Shown here piece by piece: positions 49,050 through 58,463 of a stretch of 63,054 bases of DNA. The translations under genes were made by a program, and so were the position numbers. The notes below the pieces were generated by a model. That model was not told the origin of the DNA and searched no databases. It saw nothing but the letters and a program-made list of their open reading frames with translations. The stretch covers positions 1-63,054 of the forward strand of contig JAQWMV010000278.1 of NCBI GenBank assembly GCA_029246605.1, written 5' to 3'. Source of the stretch: Pseudomonadales bacterium. GTDB taxonomy: Bacteria > Pseudomonadota > Gammaproteobacteria > Pseudomonadales > Azotimanducaceae. Positions within the stretch are counted from its first letter, which is position 1. Every line of letters starts with the position of its first letter.

Positions 49050-50875
49050 TGTGTGGAATCGTCGGTGCGGTAACGAAACGGAACGTCTCGGGGATCCTGC
49101 TCGAGGGATTACAGCGTTTGAAATATCGTGGCTATGATTCAGCCGGTTTGTGTGTCATTGATCCTAAAAGTGGTGCGCTCAATAGAGTACGCCGCGTTGG
49201 TGATGTTAATGAATTGCAACAAGCCTGCGTGTCAGGACTGGAGGGGGTTGTTGGTATTGCACATACTCGATGGGCAACGCACGGTAAGGCGACAGAAGAC
49301 AATGCGCACCCTCACGTATCTAACGATACTATTAGTGTGGTACATAACGGCATCATAGAAAACTACCAGGAACTAAGAGAGGAACTCAAAAAAGCGGGGT
49401 ACCAGTTTACGTCGGATACCGATACTGAAGTACTGGCGCATCTACTGCATCGTGAAATTATGGATGCATCGGGCTTTAGGGATGGTGTATTCAAGGCGCT
49501 AAACCTACTTGAAGGCGCCTATGCCATTGCCGTTATGCACGTTGACTACCCGAATTCTTTAGTGGCCGCCAGGGTAGGTAGTCCACTTGTCGTTGGTCTC
49601 GGTATCGGTGAGAATTTTGTTGCCTCGGACCCGCAGGCATTACGCCCGGTAACAGATCGTTTTATTTATCTCGATGAAGGTGAAGTGGTAGAACTAAGCG
49701 CGGAAGAGGTGTCGGTATTTGGCATCAACCGCGAAGTGATTGAGCGGCGTAGCATAAAACTCGATGATAGGCAGGATGTGGCAGATAGGGGAAATTTCCG
49801 ACACTACATGGTTAAAGAGATTTATGATCAGCCAGAGGCCTTTGCACAAACACTTGAAGGGCGGGTGACTAAATCCCGAGTTCTAGAGCATGCGTTTGGC
49901 GTTGATGCACACGATATTTTTACCAGGGTAAAGGCGGTAGAAATTATTGCCTGTGGCAGTAGTTTTTATACTGGGCTTATAGCTAAATATTGGTTTGAAC
50001 AGATCGCAGGAATCCCATGTAGCGTAGAGATTGCGAGCGAACAGCGATATCGGGTGACAGCTGTATTGCCGGGTACGTTGTTGGTCACACTATCGCAGTC
50101 CGGTGAGACTGCTGATACGTTGGCAGCGCTTCGTTCAGCTGTGCATGAAAACTATATCGCCAGTCTTTGTCTGTGCAATTCACCTAATAGCACCTTGGTG
50201 AGGGAATCAGATCTGACACTAATGCTTAACGCAGGTCTTGAAGTTTGCGTTGCATCCACGAAGGCCTTTACTAATCAATTGGGCGATTTACTGCTGCTGG
50301 TGCTGGCTCTGGGACGCTACCATGGTGTCGATGAAGCCACGGAGGCGGAAATCGTTTCAGCGTTACATAGCGTGCCGGGATTATTATCCGAGGTATTGAC
50401 GCTCGATGAAAAGATTCAAAAGATGGCGGAGCGCTTTGTGGATAAGCACCACGCGTTGTTTCTGGGTCGGGGTATTCACTATCCTATCGCTTTAGAGGGG
50501 GCGCTTAAGCTTAAAGAAATCTCCTATATCCACGCTGAAGGATATCCAGCAGGCGAGTTGAAACATGGACCGCTTGCCCTGGTTGATGACGATATGCCGG
50601 TTGTTGCGGTGGCACCAGGGGATGAATTGTTGGAGAAATTGAAATCGAATCTACAGGAAGTTAAAGCACGTGGTGGTGAATTGTTTATTATCGGTGATGA
50701 TCAATTTACCGGTGAGGCAGATAGCCATGTCATTAGAATGCCGATATGCCATAGCGTGATTTCACCCATAGTTTACACAATGCCGATGCAACTACTCGCC
50801 TATCACGTGGCCGTGTTCAAAGGTACCGATGTAGATCAGCCTAGGAATCTGGCGAAATCAGTTACGGTGGAGTAG
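49049..50875 (+). CDS. glmS: Glutamine--fructose-6-phosphate aminotransferase
   Basis: 608 aa with the N-terminal 'MCGIVGA', two SIS domains and the C-terminal 'KSVTVE'. Confidence 0.97.
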   Translation: MCGIVGAVTKRNVSGILLEGLQRLKYRGYDSAGLCVIDPKSGALNRVRRVGDVNELQQACVSGLEGVVGIAHTRWATHGKATEDNAHPHVSNDTISVVHNGIIENYQELREELKKAGYQFTSDTDTEVLAHLLHREIMDASGFRDGVFKALNLLEGAYAIAVMHVDYPNSLVAARVGSPLVVGLGIGENFVASDPQALRPVTDRFIYLDEGEVVELSAEEVSVFGINREVIERRSIKLDDRQDVADRGNFRHYMVKEIYDQPEAFAQTLEGRVTKSRVLEHAFGVDAHDIFTRVKAVEIIACGSSFYTGLIAKYWFEQIAGIPCSVEIASEQRYRVTAVLPGTLLVTLSQSGETADTLAALRSAVHENYIASLCLCNSPNSTLVRESDLTLMLNAGLEVCVASTKAFTNQLGDLLLLVLALGRYHGVDEATEAEIVSALHSVPGLLSEVLTLDEKIQKMAERFVDKHHALFLGRGIHYPIALEGALKLKEISYIHAEGYPAGELKHGPLALVDDDMPVVAVAPGDELLEKLKSNLQEVKARGGELFIIGDDQFTGEADSHVIRMPICHSVISPIVYTMPMQLLAYHVAVFKGTDVDQPRNLAKSVTVE

Positions 50876-50878
50876 TAG

Positions 50879-53068
50879 TTGGACGTAAGTCATATTCTAG
50901 ATTCCCTAAACGATGCGCAACGGGAAGCTGTTACGCTGCCAAGAAGTAGTTCGCTGATCTTGGCGGGTGCAGGCAGCGGCAAGACCCGAGTATTAACGCA
51001 CCGTATTGCCTGGTTAATTCAGACCGAAAGCATATCTCCTTACAGCATTCTCGCCGTGACGTTTACCAACAAAGCTGCTGCAGAAATGCGGGGGCGAATT
51101 GAGGCCCTGTTGGAAACACCTTTGCGCGGTATGTGGGTAGGTACATTTCATGGCATCGCGCACCGTTTATTGCGAAGCCATTATCAAGAGGCAAAACTTC
51201 CGCAGAACTTTCAAATTATGGATGGTGATGACCAACTGCGATTGGTTAAACGGGTAACCCAGATGCTCGGTCTAGATGAGAAAAAATGGCCCGCACGGCA
51301 GGCAATGTGGTTTATCAATTCTCAGAAAGATGAGGGGTTGCGCCCACAGCATATTGAAGACTACGGTGATTTATATCTAAAGACACAACTCTCTGTCTAC
51401 CGTGCCTATGAGGAGGCATGTGATCGGGGCGGAATGGTTGATTTTGCCGAGTTGTTACTAAGGGCCCATGAACTCTGGCTCAATAATCCCGTACTGTTAA
51501 AACACTATCAGGAGCGCTTTGCTGCGTTGCTGGTTGATGAGTTTCAGGACACCAATACAATACAGTACGCCTGGTTGCGAATACTAGCGGGAGAACAGGA
51601 TAACCTTATGGTGGTTGGCGACGACGATCAGTCGATCTATGGTTGGCGAGGCGCTCGAATAGAAAATATCCAGCGCTTTACCTCAGATTTTCCCAACAGC
51701 ACAACCATAAAACTGGAACAGAACTATCGGTCGACTGGCACGATATTGAAGGCAGCAAACCATCTTATTGACAATAATGCCGGCAGGCTCGGTAAAGATC
51801 TATGGACCAAGGATGGTGACGGTGAGCTGATTAGCATCTACGCCGGCTATAACGAGATTGACGAAGCAAGGTACATTTCAGAGAGAGCCAAACAGTGGGT
51901 AGCGGATGGTAATCGGCATTCGGAAGCTGCTGTGCTTTATCGATCTAATGCTCAGTCGCGTGTACTTGAGGAAGCGATGTTAAGAGCGGGATTGCCCTAT
52001 CGGATATATGGGGGTCAACGATTTTTTGAACGAGCTGAAATTCGTAATGCCCTCGGATACGTCAGACTGATCAGTCACCGTGATGCGGATGCAGCGTTTG
52101 AGCGCGTAGTTAATGTGCCGCCTAGAGGCATAGGCGACAGAACGTTAGAAGAAATCCGGCTCAGATCGCGGACCGAGGGAATTCCGCTTTGGCGGGCAGC
52201 TGGCCAGCTATCGACAGATCAAGGAGTGACTGGTCGAACTCGTAACGCAATTAAGGGATTTATAGCGGTGGTTGATGCCATGGATGAAGAGACAGAGAAT
52301 GCGGACCTTGAATCGTTAGTGGAAACAGTTATCGAAAAATCGGGCTTGATTCCCTATTACGAGAAAGAGCGGGGGGAAAGAGGGCAGGCAAGATTAGAAA
52401 ACCTCGCGGAACTGATATCTGCCGCCAGAACCTTCAATCCGGATGAGGACCTGTCATTCGATAGTGAAACTACCGACGGGGCGCCAATGTCGCTGCTTGA
52501 TGAATTCCTGTCACATGCATCATTGGAGGCCGGTGAAGGCCAGGGGGACCCTAACCAGGACTGCATTCAGTTGATGACTATGCACAGCGCCAAGGGGCTT
52601 GAGTTCCCAGTGGTGTTTCTGGCGGGGATGGAGGAAGGTTTGTTTCCACACTCAATGTCCCTCGAGGAGCCTGGGCGGTTGGAAGAAGAACGGCGACTTT
52701 GTTATGTGGGCGTCACTAGAGCAATGCGCCAGCTTTACTTCACCCATGCTGAGTCACGACGCTTGCACGGTACGGATAGCTATAATCAATTATCACGGTT
52801 CGTCAGCGAGATTCCAGAAGAGTTATTACAGGAGGTTCGGGTACAGAATACGGTATCCCATCGCCATGGAATATCGTCCAGCATGGTGCCCACGGAAACT
52901 GATATAGCGGGCTTTACACTAGGGCAAAGAGTTCATCACGCGAAATTTGGAGATGGCGTTGTACTGAATTATGAAGGCCACGGTAAGCAGGCTCGGGTTC
53001 ACGTTAATTTCTCAGAAGGTAGCAAATGGCTTATGGTGTCGTTTGCTAATCTACAGACAGTTGGATAG
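50879..53068 (+). CDS. uvrD: DNA helicase II (UvrD)
   Basis: 729 aa with 'AGAGSGKTRVL', 'DEFQDTN' and 'VGVTRA'. It uses a TTG start. Confidence 0.9.
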   Translation: MDVSHILDSLNDAQREAVTLPRSSSLILAGAGSGKTRVLTHRIAWLIQTESISPYSILAVTFTNKAAAEMRGRIEALLETPLRGMWVGTFHGIAHRLLRSHYQEAKLPQNFQIMDGDDQLRLVKRVTQMLGLDEKKWPARQAMWFINSQKDEGLRPQHIEDYGDLYLKTQLSVYRAYEEACDRGGMVDFAELLLRAHELWLNNPVLLKHYQERFAALLVDEFQDTNTIQYAWLRILAGEQDNLMVVGDDDQSIYGWRGARIENIQRFTSDFPNSTTIKLEQNYRSTGTILKAANHLIDNNAGRLGKDLWTKDGDGELISIYAGYNEIDEARYISERAKQWVADGNRHSEAAVLYRSNAQSRVLEEAMLRAGLPYRIYGGQRFFERAEIRNALGYVRLISHRDADAAFERVVNVPPRGIGDRTLEEIRLRSRTEGIPLWRAAGQLSTDQGVTGRTRNAIKGFIAVVDAMDEETENADLESLVETVIEKSGLIPYYEKERGERGQARLENLAELISAARTFNPDEDLSFDSETTDGAPMSLLDEFLSHASLEAGEGQGDPNQDCIQLMTMHSAKGLEFPVVFLAGMEEGLFPHSMSLEEPGRLEEERRLCYVGVTRAMRQLYFTHAESRRLHGTDSYNQLSRFVSEIPEELLQEVRVQNTVSHRHGISSSMVPTETDIAGFTLGQRVHHAKFGDGVVLNYEGHGKQARVHVNFSEGSKWLMVSFANLQTVG

Positions 53069-53077
53069 GAGTTTAGG

Positions 53078-54163
53078 ATGTATAGAGTTTTAGTTGGGCT
53101 GATCGTTGTCAGTTTACTGATGGCCTGTAGCAAAGAAGAATCACAAACCGGCGAGATATCTTCAACGCCCGAAACTATTTATAACTGGAGAATGGTGACA
53201 ACCTGGCCAAAGAATCTTCCTGGCCTTGGTGTTGCGCCGGAAACTCTAGCAAAAAATGTTAAAAAAATGAGTGCGGGCCGTTTGAATATCAAGGTATATG
53301 GGGCAGGTGAAGTTGTGCCAGCGCTGGAGGTCTTCGAGGCGGTATCACAGGGAACGGTGCAGATGGGTCACGGTGCCGCTTACTATTGGAAAGGAAAAGT
53401 GCCTATTGCGCAGTTTTTTACTGCGATTCCGTTTGGCTTAACTGCGCAGGAAATGAACGGTTGGCTGCTCCATGGTGGCGGCATGGAACTATGGGAAGAA
53501 CTATATGATCCATTCAATCTTGTACCGATACCCGGTGGTAACACGGGTGTTCAGATGGCCGGCTGGTTTAATAAGGAGATAAATTCATTAAGTGACCTGC
53601 GAGGCATGATGATGCGCATTCCAGGTTTGGGTGGCGAAGTCTTTGAACGCGCCGGTGGCACAGCGGTAAATCTACCTGGGGGTGAGATTTATACCAGTCT
53701 TCAGACTGGTGTCATTGATGCCACAGAATGGGTTGGTCCCTACAATGATTTAGCATTCGGCCTGCATCAGGTCGCTAAGTACTACTATTATCCTGGCTGG
53801 CAGGAACCGGGCCCGACGCTTGAAGTAATTATTAATAAGCAGGCTTACGAGTCGTTGCCGGAAGATCTAGCGGAAATACTGCGGCAGGCCACCCTCGCGA
53901 TAAACAATGATTTACTGGCTGAGTACACGGCGCGAAATAATGCCGCGTTGACTGAGTTGGTAGATCAACATGGTGTTGAGTTACGGCGCTTACCTGATGA
54001 TGTTCTTGATAAGCTTAAGAAGATTTCTGAAGAGGTAACGGCCGAGATCGTTGATGATGATCCGTTGTCGCAACGAATTTACCAGTCCTTTATGCAGTAC
54101 AGGGAAGGGGTAGTGAATTATCACGAGATTTCCGAAAAAGCTTATATCAACACAAGGGATTAA
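53078..54163 (+). CDS. TRAP transporter substrate-binding protein (DctP-type)
   Basis: 361 aa with a lipoprotein-like signal ('LLMACSK') and a TRAP SBP-like fold sequence. The substrate is unknown. Confidence 0.75.
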   Translation: MYRVLVGLIVVSLLMACSKEESQTGEISSTPETIYNWRMVTTWPKNLPGLGVAPETLAKNVKKMSAGRLNIKVYGAGEVVPALEVFEAVSQGTVQMGHGAAYYWKGKVPIAQFFTAIPFGLTAQEMNGWLLHGGGMELWEELYDPFNLVPIPGGNTGVQMAGWFNKEINSLSDLRGMMMRIPGLGGEVFERAGGTAVNLPGGEIYTSLQTGVIDATEWVGPYNDLAFGLHQVAKYYYYPGWQEPGPTLEVIINKQAYESLPEDLAEILRQATLAINNDLLAEYTARNNAALTELVDQHGVELRRLPDDVLDKLKKISEEVTAEIVDDDPLSQRIYQSFMQYREGVVNYHEISEKAYINTRD

Positions 54164-54169
54164 GTCAGT

Positions 54170-54191
54170 ATTCCTGGCGATCAGGAATTTT
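54170..54191 (+). terminator. Candidate intrinsic terminator after the TRAP SBP gene
   Basis: The hairpin is ATTCCTG-gcgat-CAGGAAT followed by TTT(T). It lies between two convergent genes. Confidence 0.4.
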
Positions 54192-54196
54192 AGCGA

Positions 54197-55555
54197 TTAG
54201 GAATAGAGCAAAGAGGGCAACCAGGTTGCAAGGGATGGTTGCCAAGCCAAGATCAGCAGCATGGCGAGTTGAATGATGACAAACGGGACGACCCCTTTAT
54301 ATATTTGACTCGTTTTGATGCTACCTGGTGCAACACCACGAAGGTAGAAAAGTGCAAAGCCGAAAGGCGGTGTCAAAAAAGACGTCTGTAGGTTAATGGC
54401 AATCATGATTCCTAACCAAATGGGGTCGATGCCCATTGCCATGAGTACTGGACCGACGATTGGGACAACAACGAATGTGATTTCGATGAAGTCTAGTATG
54501 AATCCCAGCAGAAAAATAACCAGCATGACTACAATCATTGCCCCGATGGCGCCGCCCGGCATGTCATCGAACATGTGCTGAACTAATTCATCACCACCAT
54601 AGCCGCGAAACACCAGAGAAAATATGGACGCACCGATGAGAATAAAGAACACCATCGAGGTTGTTTTGGTTGTCGATTGCGTGATCTGTTTTAGATCGTC
54701 AAAGCTAATGGAGCGCATTGCGAGCAGTATTGCACCCAGGGCTCCAACGCCTGCCGCTTCGGTTGGTGTTGCAATTCCGAGCAGTATTGAACCCAGGACG
54801 GCGAAGATCAAAATGAGGGGGGGCGCGATGCTGGTTAGCAGTTCTAAAGGTGAGACACCGCTGGTGGATACTGGTGGTGCTCGATCCGGTTTGAGTAACG
54901 CTGTAATGAAAACATAAGCCGCGTAACACACTACCAGTATCAAACCGGGAATGAGCGCCCCGGCGAAAAGATCACCGACGGAAACCGTTTTTGGATTAAA
55001 AATACCCTGGCTGAGCTGAGCTTGTTGGTAGGCGTTAGAGAGAACATCGCCTAACAGTACGAGCGCAATCGATGGTGGAATAATCTGACCCAGCGTACCG
55101 GTGGCGCAAATTACGCCCGTTGCCAGAGCAGGATCATACTTAGCGCGTAACATTGATGGCAGAGACATCAGTCCCATTGTGACGACGGTCGCACCGACAA
55201 TGCCAGTGCTGGCAGCCATCAGCATACCAACGATGGTGACTGCTAACCCAAGTCCGCCTGGGAGGGGGCCGAACAGGCTGCTCATTGACGCAAGAAGTCG
55301 CTCGGCGATCTTAGATTTTTCGAGAATGACGCCCATGAGCACAAATAGCGGTACTGCCATAAGTGTTTGATTGGAGATGATCCCGAATATGCGATTCGGT
55401 GTTGCCATCAAAAAGGCAGCGTCAAAGGTGCCCGAGATCATACCCACCAGAGCCGCTATCAAGGCTGTACCAGCTAGAGTCAGGGCGACGGGATAGCCCA
55501 GAAGCAACAGCAGGAAGGTCGTACCGATCATGATTAAAGGAGCGAATTCTGCCAT
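54197..55555 (-). CDS. TRAP transporter large permease (DctM family)
   Basis: 452 aa polytopic membrane protein. It lies directly downstream of the small permease gene. Confidence 0.85.
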   Translation of the reverse strand: MAEFAPLIMIGTTFLLLLLGYPVALTLAGTALIAALVGMISGTFDAAFLMATPNRIFGIISNQTLMAVPLFVLMGVILEKSKIAERLLASMSSLFGPLPGGLGLAVTIVGMLMAASTGIVGATVVTMGLMSLPSMLRAKYDPALATGVICATGTLGQIIPPSIALVLLGDVLSNAYQQAQLSQGIFNPKTVSVGDLFAGALIPGLILVVCYAAYVFITALLKPDRAPPVSTSGVSPLELLTSIAPPLILIFAVLGSILLGIATPTEAAGVGALGAILLAMRSISFDDLKQITQSTTKTTSMVFFILIGASIFSLVFRGYGGDELVQHMFDDMPGGAIGAMIVVMLVIFLLGFILDFIEITFVVVPIVGPVLMAMGIDPIWLGIMIAINLQTSFLTPPFGFALFYLRGVAPGSIKTSQIYKGVVPFVIIQLAMLLILAWQPSLATWLPSLLYS

Positions 55556-55557
55556 TG

Positions 55558-56055
55558 CTATTGTGTACGCAGCACGGAGACGTTCCGAAGCAGATCTGCA
55601 AAACCTTGTAAGAATAACAAGAACGCCATAGTCGGGATCAGCGCTTTTATAACGTAAGTTCCTGGCAGACCACCTGGCTGGGCTGAAGATTCACCGAACG
55701 ACCAAGAGAGCGCCACGTAGTCCAGGCTGGCGAAAAAGATAAAAGATGATACAGGAAACAAAAAAATCAGGGTACCGATGATATCGATTACGGCGCGTAC
55801 GCGTGGCGACATGCGTTGATAGATAATGTCTACGCGTACGTGATTTTGGTGTTTCAACGTATAGCCTATGCCCAGCATGAATACTACGCCATGCATATAC
55901 ATGACAGATTCCTGAATCGCGATAGAACCCATGTTCAATAGATATCGCGCAACCACCACGATGCAGGTGACTAGCATCATCAGCAGCGTGAGCCAAGCAA
56001 TCGATTTGCCCAGGAGTTCTGCCAGGTTGTCCAGGATTCGTATGACTGCAGGCAC
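55558..56055 (-). CDS. TRAP transporter small permease (DctQ family)
   Basis: 165 aa with 4 TM helices. It uses a GTG start and is adjacent to the DctM-type gene. Confidence 0.8.
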   Translation of the reverse strand: MPAVIRILDNLAELLGKSIAWLTLLMMLVTCIVVVARYLLNMGSIAIQESVMYMHGVVFMLGIGYTLKHQNHVRVDIIYQRMSPRVRAVIDIIGTLIFLFPVSSFIFFASLDYVALSWSFGESSAQPGGLPGTYVIKALIPTMAFLLFLQGFADLLRNVSVLRTQ

Positions 56056-56059
56056 GATT

Positions 56060-56965
56060 CTATGTGGGTGAGTACATGTAAAAATCTAACACGATGCTGA
56101 TAAAAACAGTCAGACCCAGCCAGTGGTTGTTCAAGAAAGCTTTAAAACATCCTTCCTGTGTTCTACTTTTGATGAGATATTGTTGATATGCACAAAAACA
56201 TGCAGCGAAACATAACCCCATAAAATAGGGCCAGTGCAGCTCTGCAATTTGTCCAACAAGATATAGTCCGTAGATAAAAAGTAGCTGTAGCGTACCGATT
56301 AACAGTCGATCCATGTCTCCAAATAAAATAGCAGAAGACTTTAGACCGAGTTTAATGTCGTCCTTGCGGTCAACCATAGCATACTCAGTGTCGTAGGCGA
56401 CGATCCAGAGCAGGTTTGAGAGAAACAACAGCCCTGTAAGCTTGGTTACATCATTGGCAACTGCCGTAAAAGCCATTGGTATACCGAAAGAAAAAGCGAC
56501 ACCCAGCACCGCTTGCGGCATATAGGTATAACGTTTCATGTAGGGATATATAACTGCAATACCAGCACCGAAAAAGGCGAGAATAACTGTAACTAGATTG
56601 GTACTTAGCACCAGTACCAGCGCGAGAAAACAAAGTATGCCCATGAATGTAAAGGCTTCGCTGATATCGATTACACCTGTGGCAAGGGGTCTGTCCTTGG
56701 TACGTGCCACCGCGATATCGAATTTTCGATCAGCGATGTCATTCATGATACAACCCGCTGACCGGGTAAGTGCGGTGCCAACTAGAAAAACCACGAATAG
56801 ATGCCATCCTGGCCATCCCTTCCCGGCTAACCATAACGCCCACAGGGTAGGCCACAGTAATAAGTAAATGCCGATAGGACGATCCAGACGGGCCAGACTG
56901 ACAAAATCAAAATAACGCGGGAAACGTGACTCGAATACAGAGTGAATCTGGAGAAATCGGATCAT
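56060..56965 (-). CDS. ubiA: 4-hydroxybenzoate polyprenyltransferase
   Basis: 301 aa with 'NDIADRKFD' and a second Asp-rich motif '[13 protein letters not shown]'. Confidence 0.85.
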   Translation of the reverse strand: MIRFLQIHSVFESRFPRYFDFVSLARLDRPIGIYLLLWPTLWALWLAGKGWPGWHLFVVFLVGTALTRSAGCIMNDIADRKFDIAVARTKDRPLATGVIDISEAFTFMGILCFLALVLVLSTNLVTVILAFFGAGIAVIYPYMKRYTYMPQAVLGVAFSFGIPMAFTAVANDVTKLTGLLFLSNLLWIVAYDTEYAMVDRKDDIKLGLKSSAILFGDMDRLLIGTLQLLFIYGLYLVGQIAELHWPYFMGLCFAACFCAYQQYLIKSRTQEGCFKAFLNNHWLGLTVFISIVLDFYMYSPT

Positions 56966-57043
56966 TTTGTCACGTTGCTCTTAAATACGTTAGTATACGT
57001 CGCTGCTAAGCACCTTCAAGTTCGATGTTCAATGAGGATTTCA

Positions 57044-57211
57044 ATGAAAAAGTGGCAGTGTATTGTCTGTGGGTTTACTTATGATGAGAAAGAGGGATTA
57101 GTCTCCGAGGGCCTTGCTCCGGGGACAAAGTGGGATGATATCCCTGATGACTGGTGCTGCCCGGAATGTGGTGTAGCGAAGGAAGATTTTGAAATGGTTG
57201 AGGTCGCATAG
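57044..57211 (+). CDS. Rubredoxin
   Basis: 55 aa: '[15 protein letters not shown]...[24 protein letters not shown]', with two CxxCG knuckles. A GAGGA RBS lies about 6 nt upstream. The track ORF from 56942 is over-extended. Confidence 0.9.
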   Translation: MKKWQCIVCGFTYDEKEGLVSEGLAPGTKWDDIPDDWCCPECGVAKEDFEMVEVA

Positions 57212-57212
57212 C

Positions 57213-58463
57213 ATGGACAGATCACGATTAACCCGAAATATAGTAATTGGTATGTTGGCGGGGTTAGTCGTCGGCTCGTTATTTCACTGGATGGGCGAAA
57301 GTGTTTTATCGAACTATCTGGTTAATGGATTTTTTGATTTTGGTGGGAAAGTTTTTATCGCAAGTCTTAAATTGCTTGTGGTACCTTTGGTATTCTTCTC
57401 TCTAGTTTGCGGCGTAAGCAATCTTTCTGACGGCTCAAGCATGGGGCGCATTGGAATAAAGACCCTGTCTTTGTACTTAATGACAACAGCCATCGCTGTG
57501 ACACTCGCGCTAACGATTGCTACGACAATTAATCCCGGTGTTGGCATAGATCTTGGAGTGGCTACCGAATTCGTTGTGAAAGAAAGTCCGTCTCTAAAGC
57601 AGGTGTTAATCAATATATTTCCTACTAATCCCTTACAGGCAATGGCTGAAGGGAACATGCTGTAAGTCATTGTTTTTGCGATATTAATTGGTGTTTCTAT
57701 CAGTCGGTGCGGGGATCCCGGTACGCGCGTTAGGTCATCTTTAAATGACTGGAACGATGTGGTCATGCGATTGGTGATTATGTTGATGGCCGTTGCACCG
57801 TTTGGTGTGTTCTGTCTGATGGCAACTCTGTTCACCAACGTGGGTCTGGGTGCAATCGCAGACCTGTTCAAGTATTTCATGACGGTAGTAATCGTGTTGG
57901 TAGTACATTTCCTGTTCACCTATGGTCTTGTTGTACGGTTCATGGCGAAACTAAATCCAGTTACTTTTTACAAACGCTTTGCTCCCGTCATGGCATATGC
58001 ATTTAGTACATCCTCGAGTAACGCTACGTTACCCGTCACGCTGGAAACTGTTGAGCATCGATTAGGTGTTAAAAATGAAATTGCTTCGTTTACAGTGCCG
58101 TTAGGTGCAACCATAAATATGGATGGGACCGCGATCATGCAGGGTGTCGCGACGGTATTTATTGCTCAGGCCTATAACATAGACATATCGATGACCGGTT
58201 ATTTGATGGTTGTTTTGACAGCAACGTTGGCATCCATTGGCGCAGCGGGTGTACCGGGTGTGGGATTAATTACATTGGCGTTGGTTCTGCAACAGGTTGG
58301 ATTGCCGGTGGAGGGCATCGCGCTTATTATCGGTGTTGATCGACTTCTCGATATGATGCGTACTGCGGTGAATGTGACCGGCGATGCAGCGGTATCGACG
58401 GTGGTGGCACGTAGCGAAGATAAGTTTGATTTCGAAGTGTTTGAGGCTGAACAGTCTTCTTAG
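57213..58463 (+). pseudogene. Dicarboxylate/amino acid:cation symporter (DAACS, GltP-like) interrupted by one in-frame TAA
   Basis: Track ORFs 57189..57665 and 57759..58463 are in the same frame. The stop at 57663-57665 reads '...AMAEGNML*VIVFAILIGVSI', where the family has 'NMLQ(I/V)IVFAIL', consistent with CAA to TAA. Confidence 0.65.
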
